A model generated the notes under the pieces. It had not been told where the DNA came from, did not search any database, and saw only the letters and a list, made by a program, of their open reading frames with translations. Both the position numbers and the translations under genes were made by a program. 64,000 bases of DNA from a virus. The stretch is taken from positions 1,579 through 65,578 of the IMG/VR virus record IMGVR_UViG_3300032397_000002, one strand, 5' to 3'. This document shows, piece after piece, positions 9,234-19,370 of the stretch (its first letter is position 1; the number at the start of each line of letters is the position of its first letter).

Positions 9234-10385
9234 CTACTCCTTCGGCGTGAGCGACTCTCGAATCTCTTCTTCGGTGACAGTCTCACCGCCGTAGAATCCT
9301 GCCATGTCGCGCGTCTTCAGCTCCGTGAGAATCTTCATCTGCAACTGTTTGTCGTCCCTCAGAGCAGTGAGCATAGCCTCTTTTCCCTTCCACTGCAATC
9401 CCTCGAACTCGTGCATGACATTGTTCGGCTTGGTGATGATGCCACGAGCCATGCCAAGACGGTAGACTTCCTCGTGGACGTTGACGATTCCCTTGTTGTA
9501 GTCAAGGGTGAACTCGGCCTGGCGGCCCTTGGGGCCGATGCTGGAGTCCATGATTCGAACGCGGACCTTGTGGCCGGTCTTGTCGTTGTTCCCCTGCATG
9601 TCCTCGACAGTGGTGTCCTTGAACTCGTTCCCCAGTTCATCCTTCTTGCCGTCTTGCCCACCTGCAGGGCTCACGTACATGAAGTACTCACAGTGGTGCT
9701 GGGTCGCCCAGCTGACGGCCGGACGAACAGCGGTAGAGTGGCTCAAGAACACAGTTGCCGACCCACCAGTCTTGGCATCCATCTGTGAACGGACGTGGCT
9801 GGTGAGGATGAGGGCGAACTTGTGCTTGCGCTGGATTGGCAGAATACGACGCAGGCCTTCCTGAATGGTTGCTGCGTTATCGCCGATTTGCTGGGTCATG
9901 ATGGTGTCAGCATTCATACCACGACGGCCCTGCATCATGTTGAGGGAGTCGATAATGACCAGCTTCAACTTCATTCCGTCCTGGCAGTTGGCGGCCAGGT
10001 CCTTCTCGATGTGGTCGAAGATTTCCGGGTCGTTGCGGTCGTAGCCGATGTAGCGGTTGGGGTCGATACCCCAAATGCGGCGTTGACTGTCGTCGACCTG
10101 GGCATCCTCGCGAAACTCGGTGTTGTACTTGACCACGAAGGCATCTGGGTCATTGCGATGAAGCTGTCCAGCCATGGCCGAGCAGATGATTGACTTGCCT
10201 CCACGGGGAGGTCCGTAGAGGAGCATCGAGTACCCCGACGGCAGTCCTTGGCCGTTGCCGAAGACGAAATTCAGTCCCGGGCTGGGGCTGTCGATGACGT
10301 CGGCATGGACATTGCGGGTCTCAAGCACGGCACCAGGGCCCTTGAGCAGGCGCTCCATGAACTTTCGATTGGTCTTTTCACTCAT
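9234..10385 (-). CDS. RecA/UvsX-like recombinase
   Basis: YGPPRGGKS, VIIDSL; start placed at MSEKTNRK. Confidence 0.88.
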   Translation of the reverse strand: MSEKTNRKFMERLLKGPGAVLETRNVHADVIDSPSPGLNFVFGNGQGLPSGYSMLLYGPPRGGKSIICSAMAGQLHRNDPDAFVVKYNTEFREDAQVDDSQRRIWGIDPNRYIGYDRNDPEIFDHIEKDLAANCQDGMKLKLVIIDSLNMMQGRRGMNADTIMTQQIGDNAATIQEGLRRILPIQRKHKFALILTSHVRSQMDAKTGGSATVFLSHSTAVRPAVSWATQHHCEYFMYVSPAGGQDGKKDELGNEFKDTTVEDMQGNNDKTGHKVRVRIMDSSIGPKGRQAEFTLDYNKGIVNVHEEVYRLGMARGIITKPNNVMHEFEGLQWKGKEAMLTALRDDKQLQMKILTELKTRDMAGFYGGETVTEEEIRESLTPKE

Positions 10386-10389
10386 TGGG

Positions 10390-10989
10390 TTACCTTGCAG
10401 TGCCGAAGAAGTCATCCTCGGCCGGCTCCTGAAGAGCCTGGTGGTTGTTGGTGGTGTTGACTCCTGACAATGGTACGACGAGATTGGGGTTCTGTCTACC
10501 GTAGCTCCCGAGGGCCTCTGAGCCCATGATTTTCTTGACTGAATCGAAGGAATTCTGGAAGAACTTCCGAAGGTCCGAAACCTGCTGGATGTAGCAGCTG
10601 AGGTTGCCGGCAAGGAGGGTGGCTCTCTTGTATTCAGGGTCCTTCTCGTAGACCGCCTGGCGGATGTCTTCACTCCCCAGTGGGTTCCTTGAGTTGGACA
10701 GGCCTGCTTTCTCCAAGGTGTCCTTCATTCGATCCAACAGAATGACGGCCTTGATTTCTCGAATCAGCTGCTCCACAATCCCCAGTTCATACTGCAGTGC
10801 GTTAAGAACGCGGCTGGAGTTGAGGTAGGCGATGTTGAAGAGAGAAAGAAGCTCGGGGGCCTTGTGTGAGTTGACGATGGCCACCTCATCCTTTCTTCCG
10901 AGGGCCATGTAGATTTCTGCCATGTCCAACACCAGCGGGGGTAGTGCCGGGTCGGCTCTGGGTACACGAATAACCGTGAGTTCGCTCAT
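10390..10989 (-). CDS. Hypothetical protein, possibly UvsY-like recombination mediator
   Basis: Helical protein between SSB and RecA; function inferred mainly from position. Confidence 0.45.
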   Translation of the reverse strand: MSELTVIRVPRADPALPPLVLDMAEIYMALGRKDEVAIVNSHKAPELLSLFNIAYLNSSRVLNALQYELGIVEQLIREIKAVILLDRMKDTLEKAGLSNSRNPLGSEDIRQAVYEKDPEYKRATLLAGNLSCYIQQVSDLRKFFQNSFDSVKKIMGSEALGSYGRQNPNLVVPLSGVNTTNNHQALQEPAEDDFFGTAR

Positions 10990-11002
10990 TTTGGGTATGA
11001 CT

Positions 11003-11034
11003 AGGCCCTACCCATCTTGCGACAGATAGGGCCT
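11003..11034 (-). terminator. Hairpin downstream of the SSB gene
   Basis: AGGCCCTA...TAGGGCCT inverted repeat. Confidence 0.5.
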
Positions 11035-11044
11035 GGTCCCTCTC

Positions 11045-12253
11045 TTACTTCTTGTTGGGGTCCGGGAACATCGCCAGGAACTCCATGGGGTCCAGCTTCA
11101 TCAGGTCGCCCACAGGGGCCTGGCTGGTCACAGGAGCGGCTTTCGTTGCCGGGGTAGGCGTGGACACCACCTGGTTCGTCTTGGGGGCCGCCTGGGCCGC
11201 CTGGGCCGCGTCCAGGGCAGCAAGCTGGGCCAGGAGGGCTGCACGAGCATCCTGAGCGGGTGCCGGGGCGGTGGCAACAGGTGCCGGGGCTGCCGGGGCC
11301 TGCTGAACCGGGGTGGTCACGGGGGTGGTCACCGGAGCTGGACGTGCAGCGGGTGCCGGGTGGGTAACAGGGGCTGCCGTCTGGGGCTGGTCCTGACGTC
11401 GGGTCTGGCCGAAGACGGTGGCAACCACCGAGGGCTCCCCACCAGAGCGAACCAGAGCAAGAATCTGGTCGTAGGTGAGGCTCTTGTTGTCGTTGACCTT
11501 GGCCAAGTCAGGGCACTTCTTGAGCGCCTCAGCATCAACTGAGGTCAGAGCGCCAGACTTGACCTGAAAACGGCCAGCGCCAAGGCTTTCCATGGCGATC
11601 TTCACCGCGTACCTGGTGTCGAGACCACGCCCCTGACGGGTGAACTCGAACCAGACTCCACTTCGAGCATCCAGTGGGTCCTGACCGCCGTTCTCCTTCA
11701 TGAACTTGTTGCGCTCATCGTCGAGAGCAGTCATGGCTCGATGGCCGAGCTTGAGGGTGCCCCACTCGCCTGCCAGGTTCTTGGCGAGGAGATACCACTT
11801 CTTGTCGAGGTTGTGCTCTCGGAGTAGCTTGCGGGCACCCTTGACGAACTCCTCAGCCTCTGAGGGGCTCTTACCCTGGGAGATGTACTGGTTGACGAGA
11901 GCGGTGACCTCGTCCTCCTTCGCCTTCAGAAGGGCGCATTCGGGACAGTCCTGCTCAACCATGCTGGTGGCACGATTCTTCTTCTCGATGCAGCGGAAGG
12001 GACGGTGACGGGGCTTGTCGGGGTTCTGGTCGTTGGGGACCGTGTACCCGTAGTGCAGCTTGTCGTAAATCTTCCACTTGCCGACATTCTTCAGGCTCTT
12101 CACGGGTGGAGCAATGCGGAAGATGTTGGCCTCTGAGTCAGACAGGGCGTGCATCTTCCAGTTCACATCGCTTCCTCCGTTCTTCGCAGTGCCGAAGAAG
12201 TCGTCCAGGCTCTCAGTTCCATCAGGGGTGTTGCCGTTGTTGTTTGAATCCAT
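11045..12253 (-). CDS. Single-stranded DNA-binding protein, T4 gp32-like
   Basis: IFRIAPP, H...C...CPEC, D.RSG.WF.FTR.G.G.DT.Y; Pro/Ala-rich tail. Confidence 0.75.
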   Translation of the reverse strand: MDSNNNGNTPDGTESLDDFFGTAKNGGSDVNWKMHALSDSEANIFRIAPPVKSLKNVGKWKIYDKLHYGYTVPNDQNPDKPRHRPFRCIEKKNRATSMVEQDCPECALLKAKEDEVTALVNQYISQGKSPSEAEEFVKGARKLLREHNLDKKWYLLAKNLAGEWGTLKLGHRAMTALDDERNKFMKENGGQDPLDARSGVWFEFTRQGRGLDTRYAVKIAMESLGAGRFQVKSGALTSVDAEALKKCPDLAKVNDNKSLTYDQILALVRSGGEPSVVATVFGQTRRQDQPQTAAPVTHPAPAARPAPVTTPVTTPVQQAPAAPAPVATAPAPAQDARAALLAQLAALDAAQAAQAAPKTNQVVSTPTPATKAAPVTSQAPVGDLMKLDPMEFLAMFPDPNKK

Positions 12254-12300
12254 TTGGTTTTTGTCCTACCGTCGATTGGGTTGTTTGTGGGTGCTGCAGG

Positions 12301-13041
12301 TCAGTTGGTCTTCTTTTGAGTTTTCAGCTGCTTCTTGATGTTGTTGAACACTTCCAGAACGTACTCTGTGGTCACTTCCTCCGTGGTGGTGCGAATGACT
12401 GCGTTGCGGCCCTTCTGAAAGGTCTTGGTCAGGAATTCGGGTTCCGTTCCCTCTGCGAGGCCGGTGACGACCACCGGTACTGTGTTGCGATTGACACCAG
12501 CCTTGACAGCCTGGGTGAGAATCTGCCGGTTCGTGTAGAGGGCCACCAGGTCCAGACCGACGCTGGAGTTTACCATACCGGCAATGTGCTTGAGAAGCCC
12601 CTCTCTGGTGCCGACACTGCAGGGCTCAGACCACTTGGGACTTGGCATGCTGACGACATTCAGCTCAGAGCCGATGGATCGAAGCTCCTGGATGACGAGA
12701 CCGTACTGGGTGACGCCGAACTGATTGTCAGGGCCGATGGAAGGGGCGACCCGCTCTGCGATTCGGTCATAGAAGCTGCCGGCGTCGATGACCAAGACCT
12801 CGGCCTCTTCGACAGCCTTCTTTGCGAAGGTTTCGGTACCAGGTCCAGTGACGCTGATGCCGAAGGTCGCCTTCCGAAGGGCCTCACCGTAGGAGTCCCG
12901 GATGGACTCCAAGGAGTCCTGTGCTTCACGTTTCTGAGCCTCTTTTCCGGGGCGAACGTTCCGTGGCACGTCGTCAAGATTAAGCTCGGCGATTGCCTTC
13001 GTTTCGAGATACTTCGTCAGTGCAGCTTCGATTTCAGTCAT
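12301..13041 (-). CDS. Hypothetical protein (possibly degenerate P-loop kinase fold)
   Basis: Long ORF coupled to dnaE; ISVTGPGT. Confidence 0.55.
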   Translation of the reverse strand: MTEIEAALTKYLETKAIAELNLDDVPRNVRPGKEAQKREAQDSLESIRDSYGEALRKATFGISVTGPGTETFAKKAVEEAEVLVIDAGSFYDRIAERVAPSIGPDNQFGVTQYGLVIQELRSIGSELNVVSMPSPKWSEPCSVGTREGLLKHIAGMVNSSVGLDLVALYTNRQILTQAVKAGVNRNTVPVVVTGLAEGTEPEFLTKTFQKGRNAVIRTTTEEVTTEYVLEVFNNIKKQLKTQKKTN

Positions 13042-16000
13042 GGAGATTCCTCAAGTTCAGGTGATGCTTCTTCAAGTTTTTGGTCCAGTGAAGGCTGGAC
13101 AACCAGTACCTCATCTACGGTCACACCCTTGCGGGGGCGCTTCCTGTAGAGACAGACTACCACAGCCCCGGTGAGGTCGTTCTGGAACGGTGGAGGGAGT
13201 CCGCCGTCGAGGGGCCACTTGACTGCCTTGATGGTAACGCCCTCCACATCGACTGTCAACTCAGATGCCGTCTTTGTTTTGGGTGCCCCGGCGGTGGCAT
13301 TCTTGTTATCGTAACGGAAACGTCGATCTGAGTTCACGTAGCCGATGGCCGCAAAGACGATTTCGACGCCCAAGTCGGATTCCATCGCCATCTCGATGAT
13401 TTCGGAGCTGGCCAGGGGGAAGTCCTGGTAGCCCTCGCCACGACTGCCGACGACCTTGTGGTGAATGTGCTCCCTGCCATCTACCTTCACGAGCTTGTCG
13501 CCAATCAAGGGCCTGGTAAGGTCTGCCAGAGGCTCGCTGAGGGCTGGAAGGATTTGCTTCCTCATCTGGTACTGAACCAGGGGGTCGATGGTTCTCAACT
13601 CTGTGCCGGCCTTCTTCTTTTTCTTCTTTCCGGTGGCTTCCAAGTGAGCGGCTTCGTGGGCGGCCAGCTTCTGACCGATTGTCATGGGGAACTTCTGACC
13701 CCCCACGTCCACCTCTCCAAAGAGGCTGTCCATGGCCCCGCTGACGATGAGGGTGGTGATGACGCGGCTGTTCAGGGCTGTGGTGGCCAGGCGCTGGCTC
13801 TGGACCTCAGTTTCCTCACCCGTCTTCTTGTCCTTCTTCTTGCGTGTGACAAGCGTCGCGTTTGCCAGGCGCCAGGCCTCAATTTTCTTGCAGAAGTCCT
13901 GGACGCTATCGTAGGGCCCGTTGGCGCTGATTTGCTCCTGAGCCTTGTCACCAATGCCCTTCAGAAGCCACAGAGGCGCTCGAATGCGCTCACCTTGAAT
14001 CTCAAAGCCAGGACCACTGAGCTTGACGTCGGGCACATCGATGAGCTTGCCGCAGTAGACCCAGAACTTCTCGTTGATTTCGTTGCGGTCTGCGTTCTTG
14101 AGTACAGAGGTCCACCATTCCAAGGGGTAGTAGTGCTTGAGCCAGGCACAGGCATACCCGATGATGGTGTAGCAGATGGCGTGGCTCTTGTTGAATCCGT
14201 ACCCAGAGAAGGTCTCCATCATGCCCCAGAGCTTCTCGGAGGTCTCTGCTCCCAGCTTTGGGTAAGCGCCTCGTACGAAGACCTCCTTGTCCTTGATGAC
14301 CTTGGCCATCTGCTTCTTGGAGATGTGGATGCGGAACTCGTCTGCCTCGGCACCGGTGGTCTCCCCCAAGACCTGGTAAATCTTCGTCAACTGCTCCTGA
14401 TAGACGATGACGCCACAGGTTTCTGGTAGCAGCTCGTTGAGGATGGGCAAGGAATCCCCGCTTGGGGGAAGTCCCTTGGCTCGGCGTGCGAACTCCACGA
14501 GCATGTTGTGCTTGCTGCCACAGCCGTCGTCCATGAAGTAGTCCAGGGGGCCCTTACGGTCGAGGGCGGTGAACACCGCAAGGGCTTCGATGCAGTCAAG
14601 GCCCTTGCGGACGGTTCCATCGGCGTCTTGGTGATGGTTGAAGTTGAACTGTTTCAACCAGCCCTTGGCACCTGGGGTGTTGAACTGGAACACCGACTCG
14701 GTCTTGCTCTCACAGATGTCGTGGAAGACTGGCTGGTCCTCTGGAAGGTCCCAGATGTCGTGGAACCGGCCATCGCGTGGCACGCATCGGATCGCCGGCA
14801 CGAACCTACCATTGAGGTGCATGCCTGGAATCCGCTCCTCCTTGGACAGCCCACCACGGGCCTTGGCCCACATGATGGCCAGCTCAGGGGCGTGACGGTC
14901 TTGAATCAACCGAATGCAGGCCCCAATGTCCTTGAGGCTGTTGACGATGAGGAAGTCCATCTTCAAGCCGCCAGACGATTCCACCGTGCTGGCGGTGTAC
15001 TGGGTGACACGGACTCCGCCAACGGTCGTGATGGGGATGAAGTTGGAGATGGGCTCGTCGGCGATGACAAAGGCGCAGGCGTGTCGGCCCTTCTGGCGCG
15101 TCATACCAAGGCACTTTTGGACGATTTCCCATTCCCTTGGATAGGTCTTGACGAAGCCCTGCAGGACCGGGTCGGTCTCAATGATGCCAGCAGTCCAAGT
15201 GCCATCAGAGCCCTTGTAACCGAACACGAACTCAGCGTCGGTGATGCCCTGTGGTGGTTGTGGCAATTCGTTTGTCAAGGGACTGATGCGCTGTACCCCT
15301 TCGGTGCCATGAAGAGCCCTGAAAACGTCCTTGATGCTGGAGCGCAGCTTCATGGTCGTGTCAGTGGAAATCTGACTGACGCACTCACCAAAGCGGTCGA
15401 TGAGCCAGCCCTTGGTGCTATCTGCGGGGTCGACAAGAAAGTCCCGATGGGGAAGGTCTTGGTCAATGTCGGGCAGCTTCCCAGACTGGATGCGAATCGG
15501 GGTCATGAAGCGGTCCATGCTGAGCCCGTATCTGCGGGGGTCGGCATGGGTAATGCCCAGGTCATAGGCCAGTTCAAGGCCGGCAGCGGATCCACGGCCT
15601 GGGCCCGTCAGTTCACCCCTGCGCAGGTACATGTCACAAACCTCTTCATCAATGAAGAAGTAGGGGAGCAAGTCAATGGTGCCGTTGTAGTGGAGCAGGT
15701 TGATTTCAGCCTGGAGCCGAGCCTTCTGGTCCTGGTTGTTCCAGTCCATGCGGCCATGCTTGTTGATGAGCGAGATGGTGTGCTTCAATGTTTCAGCGGG
15801 ATAGAAGCTGGTGGGGAGGGACTTCCTGGGGGTGAACTTGAAGTTCTTGAAGCGGGAGCCCCACTCGTGACTGTTCTCTACCCACCCCTCAAACTCTGCC
15901 TCGGAAACGTCCATCTTGTCACGGAAGTAGGCCCATGCCTCATCATTGCTGAAGCGGTGGTAGCTGGTGGCGAAGCGCCAGTTGCCATTCTGACCAAGTC

Positions 16001-17030
16001 GGATGTCCTGGGCAACCTTCTCCTCTGCTCGGGCAAAATGGCTGTCGTCGCTGACAAGAATCTTGTCGCCATAGCGATTGGCGATGTTGCGGATGAAGAT
16101 GTTGACGCCCCTCATCACGTCCCGGTCTGGGGCCCATGGCTTGCATTCGTTGTAGAGGTACCCCTCACGGCGCTCTGCCCCCACGATGATTTTTGGCGTC
16201 TCCAGAGGGGTCATCTTGCGGTTCTGCATGACGCCTACGAGCTTGGAGTACTTTTCACTGGCTGCAGCCGCATTCTTTTGGAAGTCGTCGGCCACAGCCA
16301 AGGCCTTGCTCTGATACTCCTTCCCGTTGGAATCCAAGATGGCCAGATTCTTCCAATCGGGCAGCTTCTCCTCGGTGCCATCGGCGTACTTCAGGAAGGT
16401 GCCGGCGTCCCAGTTCTTGTCACACACGTGGGGGAACAGTTCCACGTAGAAATTGCCGGGCTTTACCAGAGAGCGAACCCGGTCGTAGTAGCGGATGGCC
16501 GTCTTGTAGTCATCGTGGGCCAGCAGGTGACGGCTCACCATACCGATGAGGCAGGAGCTGCAGAAGGTGACATTCTTGCTGCCAAGTTCCTCAAGGTCAG
16601 CCCACCCAAAGAGGGGCTTGCGCTCGGAACCATGGCGCTCCGCTCGGAGGTCGGCCCTGCTGATGAGGCGGGTGGCCGTTTCCAGGGCCTCCTGGTCCAT
16701 GAAGTGCATGGTCAGGTGCATGTACTTCAGGTGCTCGGCGAAGGTGTTCTTTTCGTCCTTGGCGACCCCGGCTTCCTTGAGGATGGGGCAGTCATCGTCC
16801 CTGAAATACCCCTCCAAGCCCATGATAGGTGTGAGCTTCCCCTTGAAGCGCTTGTCGTTCTGGCACATATCGTAAACGTGCCGATTTGCTTCCAGGGTGC
16901 CGTGGTCGGTGACCGTGATGTACTCCCCACCCAATTCAAGCTCTCGAACGGCAAACGCCTCCGGGGTGGAGGCGCTGTCAAAGCTACGGACGTGAGAATG
17001 CGGCGTTGCGAAGTTCTTGAGAATCTTCAT
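13038..17030 (-). CDS. dnaE: DNA polymerase III alpha subunit (PHP plus family C polymerase)
   Basis: HSH..S.D, TDHG, GPGRGSAAG, PDIDQD, GRHACAFVI, LKMDFL, YGFNKSHA. Confidence 0.96.
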   Translation of the reverse strand: MKILKNFATPHSHVRSFDSASTPEAFAVRELELGGEYITVTDHGTLEANRHVYDMCQNDKRFKGKLTPIMGLEGYFRDDDCPILKEAGVAKDEKNTFAEHLKYMHLTMHFMDQEALETATRLISRADLRAERHGSERKPLFGWADLEELGSKNVTFCSSCLIGMVSRHLLAHDDYKTAIRYYDRVRSLVKPGNFYVELFPHVCDKNWDAGTFLKYADGTEEKLPDWKNLAILDSNGKEYQSKALAVADDFQKNAAAASEKYSKLVGVMQNRKMTPLETPKIIVGAERREGYLYNECKPWAPDRDVMRGVNIFIRNIANRYGDKILVSDDSHFARAEEKVAQDIRLGQNGNWRFATSYHRFSNDEAWAYFRDKMDVSEAEFEGWVENSHEWGSRFKNFKFTPRKSLPTSFYPAETLKHTISLINKHGRMDWNNQDQKARLQAEINLLHYNGTIDLLPYFFIDEEVCDMYLRRGELTGPGRGSAAGLELAYDLGITHADPRRYGLSMDRFMTPIRIQSGKLPDIDQDLPHRDFLVDPADSTKGWLIDRFGECVSQISTDTTMKLRSSIKDVFRALHGTEGVQRISPLTNELPQPPQGITDAEFVFGYKGSDGTWTAGIIETDPVLQGFVKTYPREWEIVQKCLGMTRQKGRHACAFVIADEPISNFIPITTVGGVRVTQYTASTVESSGGLKMDFLIVNSLKDIGACIRLIQDRHAPELAIMWAKARGGLSKEERIPGMHLNGRFVPAIRCVPRDGRFHDIWDLPEDQPVFHDICESKTESVFQFNTPGAKGWLKQFNFNHHQDADGTVRKGLDCIEALAVFTALDRKGPLDYFMDDGCGSKHNMLVEFARRAKGLPPSGDSLPILNELLPETCGVIVYQEQLTKIYQVLGETTGAEADEFRIHISKKQMAKVIKDKEVFVRGAYPKLGAETSEKLWGMMETFSGYGFNKSHAICYTIIGYACAWLKHYYPLEWWTSVLKNADRNEINEKFWVYCGKLIDVPDVKLSGPGFEIQGERIRAPLWLLKGIGDKAQEQISANGPYDSVQDFCKKIEAWRLANATLVTRKKKDKKTGEETEVQSQRLATTALNSRVITTLIVSGAMDSLFGEVDVGGQKFPMTIGQKLAAHEAAHLEATGKKKKKKAGTELRTIDPLVQYQMRKQILPALSEPLADLTRPLIGDKLVKVDGREHIHHKVVGSRGEGYQDFPLASSEIIEMAMESDLGVEIVFAAIGYVNSDRRFRYDNKNATAGAPKTKTASELTVDVEGVTIKAVKWPLDGGLPPPFQNDLTGAVVVCLYRKRPRKGVTVDEVLVVQPSLDQKLEEASPELEESP

Positions 17031-17059
17031 TGAAGCCTATGGTGGCATGGGGTGGCTAC

Positions 17060-17281
17060 TTAGTCAAGGGAGACCTTGAGGGCCTCTCTCATCTTTACGA
17101 TGACGGTCTCGTAGAGGTCCTCGACCTCATCCTCGGTCATCATCATAGCCTGGGCAATGATTTTCGTCGGTGCCCCATCTGGGTATCGATCCATGAGCTT
17201 GTCAAGGCTGTAGTCGAATCTCTTCATGTAGACAAAGTCGGGGTCAGTGTTGATCAGGTGCTTCGCTTCGTTGCTTGTCAT
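17060..17281 (-). CDS. Small HTH-like hypothetical protein
   Basis: C-terminal sigma region 4-like helix pattern (TKIIAQAMMMTEDEV). Confidence 0.5.
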   Translation of the reverse strand: MTSNEAKHLINTDPDFVYMKRFDYSLDKLMDRYPDGAPTKIIAQAMMMTEDEVEDLYETVIVKMREALKVSLD

Positions 17282-17669
17282 TTTTCTTGAACTCCAGAAC
17301 AACCCTGGGAGGCTCGTACAGCTCTAGTTGCAGTTCAAGATCCGCCAGTTGAGCTTCAGATCGAGGTAGATCCGTGAGCGCCTGGTTTCTTATCTTCCTA
17401 GTCTGAAAACGTTTTTCCTGGATTGCAATCAGCTGTTTCTTGGTGGTGGCCAGGCCGCTGGTGAGAGACCTGTACTCGGTGAGTGAGACTACGGGTGAAC
17501 CAAGCAAGTGTTTGAGAGCTTCGGTGAGAGACTTCCTCACCATCTCGTTTCTCTCGTATACCTTGTCTTGGCTTTCAAGGAAGAAGGTTGATTGTTTGAG
17601 CTTGTTCTTCGCTTCTTGCACTTCGCCGCGCAAGGTTTCTATCGCGAAGAACAGCTCATCTTCGTTCAC
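17244..17669 (-). CDS. Coiled-coil hypothetical protein
   Basis: ORF packing. Confidence 0.55.
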   Translation of the reverse strand: MNEDELFFAIETLRGEVQEAKNKLKQSTFFLESQDKVYERNEMVRKSLTEALKHLLGSPVVSLTEYRSLTSGLATTKKQLIAIQEKRFQTRKIRNQALTDLPRSEAQLADLELQLELYEPPRVVLEFKKNDKQRSEAPDQH

Positions 17670-18787
17670 GTCTCAAGGCCCTTCCAGACTGGAATGACCC
17701 TGTTCAGACTGGCGTCTGCGTCGTGATTGGTGTCAACCTTGATGAGGCGGTGGTCGCCGAACATGTGGCCATCAACGGTCTCCCACAGCTGCTGCCGGCA
17801 AGGGGTGTTGAAGATGCCGATGCTCTGGGCGTACTCGTCATTGGGAATCATGCAGCCATTTGTGATGACGGTGGTGCCGTCGATGTCAACACACATGGCA
17901 GTGTGCACGTGACCAGTACCGACCAACTTCAAGTCGTTGTACTCGGGCTTGCTGAGCTTGAACTTGTTGATTTGAGCCTGAAGCTTGCTGACGTTGATGA
18001 GACTGCCAGGAAATCCGGGATTGAAGATGGTGTCACCGTGACTCATGACCCCCTTCATGCCGAACTGCTCATAGACATAGAACCCACGAATGGGGGTGCG
18101 GAATTCGATGTTGGGGACCTTCTTGAATCGGTACCCCATGGCCCGGTAGATACGGAACTCGTTGGAGTCGTACTTGTCCTGCATGGCCCGTTCTGGGTGA
18201 CGCCCAGCATCACGTCCGTGGTTGCCAACGCTGGTGTCGACCACCACCTTCTTGAACTCGCTGGCCAGGAACTCGATGCCGTAGATGAGGCTGTGAAGTG
18301 CACGGTCTGACTGTGTAGTCAGGTCTGCGGCGTTCTGGATGTCGTGGAGCTTCCCCTGGATGATGTCGCCAATCAGGTGGATGTGCAACTCGGTCTCGTG
18401 GCGGTACTGCCGCTTGTAGTCTGCCACCTGAGTCACGATGGCGGCGGTGCGCCGAGACTCTTCTGTGGGGCCGTACCTGAAGTTGACCTGGCGCGGGTCC
18501 AGGTCTGCACCGTAGTGAAGGTCACTGAGAATGACATTCAGACGACGCTCTGTATGCTTGGACTTTTTCCCTTTGTACCGTGGGATGAATTTCCGCTCAG
18601 CGAATCTCTTGGCAAGCTCTTCTTGCCGTGCAAGAGAGACCTCCTGAGCCGCAAGGTAGTCCAGAGTTTTCTTGTTCGACTTCTGGACTACCTTGTTCTC
18701 AAGAGCCTCTGCCCGGTCCTGGATGTACTGGCGAATGAGGGCCTCTCGCTGAAGCTCCTCTGCTCGCTTCGAGGGCCCCCGCGCCAT
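17666..18787 (-). CDS. Calcineurin-like metallophosphoesterase
   Basis: SDLH, GDII, GNHG, HGD, GHVH. Confidence 0.88.
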   Translation of the reverse strand: MARGPSKRAEELQREALIRQYIQDRAEALENKVVQKSNKKTLDYLAAQEVSLARQEELAKRFAERKFIPRYKGKKSKHTERRLNVILSDLHYGADLDPRQVNFRYGPTEESRRTAAIVTQVADYKRQYRHETELHIHLIGDIIQGKLHDIQNAADLTTQSDRALHSLIYGIEFLASEFKKVVVDTSVGNHGRDAGRHPERAMQDKYDSNEFRIYRAMGYRFKKVPNIEFRTPIRGFYVYEQFGMKGVMSHGDTIFNPGFPGSLINVSKLQAQINKFKLSKPEYNDLKLVGTGHVHTAMCVDIDGTTVITNGCMIPNDEYAQSIGIFNTPCRQQLWETVDGHMFGDHRLIKVDTNHDADASLNRVIPVWKGLET

Positions 18788-19356
18788 TACGTGGTCGCCT
18801 GGTCAGTGGTGGTAGCCGCAGAGACCGGAAGGGCCTCAGCAGCCGGGGTGGCGTCTGCCGCCTTCTCAACCACCTCATAGGCCTCCAGGACCTCGAACTT
18901 GCCGCCGTTGGGCAGGTCGAGACTGAAGCCAGAACCCTGACCGAGCAGCTGGGGCTGGAAGTTCGGGTCAATGCGAGCGAATGCCACCTGGGCGCGGCCA
19001 GGGAGGCGCACGGTCCCATCCTTGTCGGTTTCACGGCCGACGACGATGGACTTCTCAGAGACCTTGTCCACAGCCTTGATGTCGCCCTTGGCAAGCAGCT
19101 CAGCCAAGGCGGCCTTCTCGGACTCTGCCTGGGCTTCCGCCTTGGCAACCCGATTCTCGGACATGATCTTCTGAATCGTCTCCACACCAAGGGTCTGGAC
19201 AACTGCGTCCAGGACCTCAGTGACTCCCCCAATCTGGTTGCCCAGCTGGGAGATGCTGTTGTTCACAGCCGAAACGATATTCATCACCGTCTTCTCGACC
19301 TGGTCCAGCCGCTCCAGAGCGTTCGACGTCTTCTTTGCCAATTGTCGTTGATCCAT
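18787..19356 (-). CDS. Hypothetical protein
   Basis: Phage-like codon usage, coupled ORF. Confidence 0.65.
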   Translation of the reverse strand: MDQRQLAKKTSNALERLDQVEKTVMNIVSAVNNSISQLGNQIGGVTEVLDAVVQTLGVETIQKIMSENRVAKAEAQAESEKAALAELLAKGDIKAVDKVSEKSIVVGRETDKDGTVRLPGRAQVAFARIDPNFQPQLLGQGSGFSLDLPNGGKFEVLEAYEVVEKAADATPAAEALPVSAATTTDQATT

Positions 19357-19370
19357 TTGTTTTTGCTTCC

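Noticed and set aside
16100-16430. Intein in the DnaE PHP insertion
   Set aside because: No C/S...HN-C/S/T splice junctions or LAGLIDADG motifs; looks like a plain insertion
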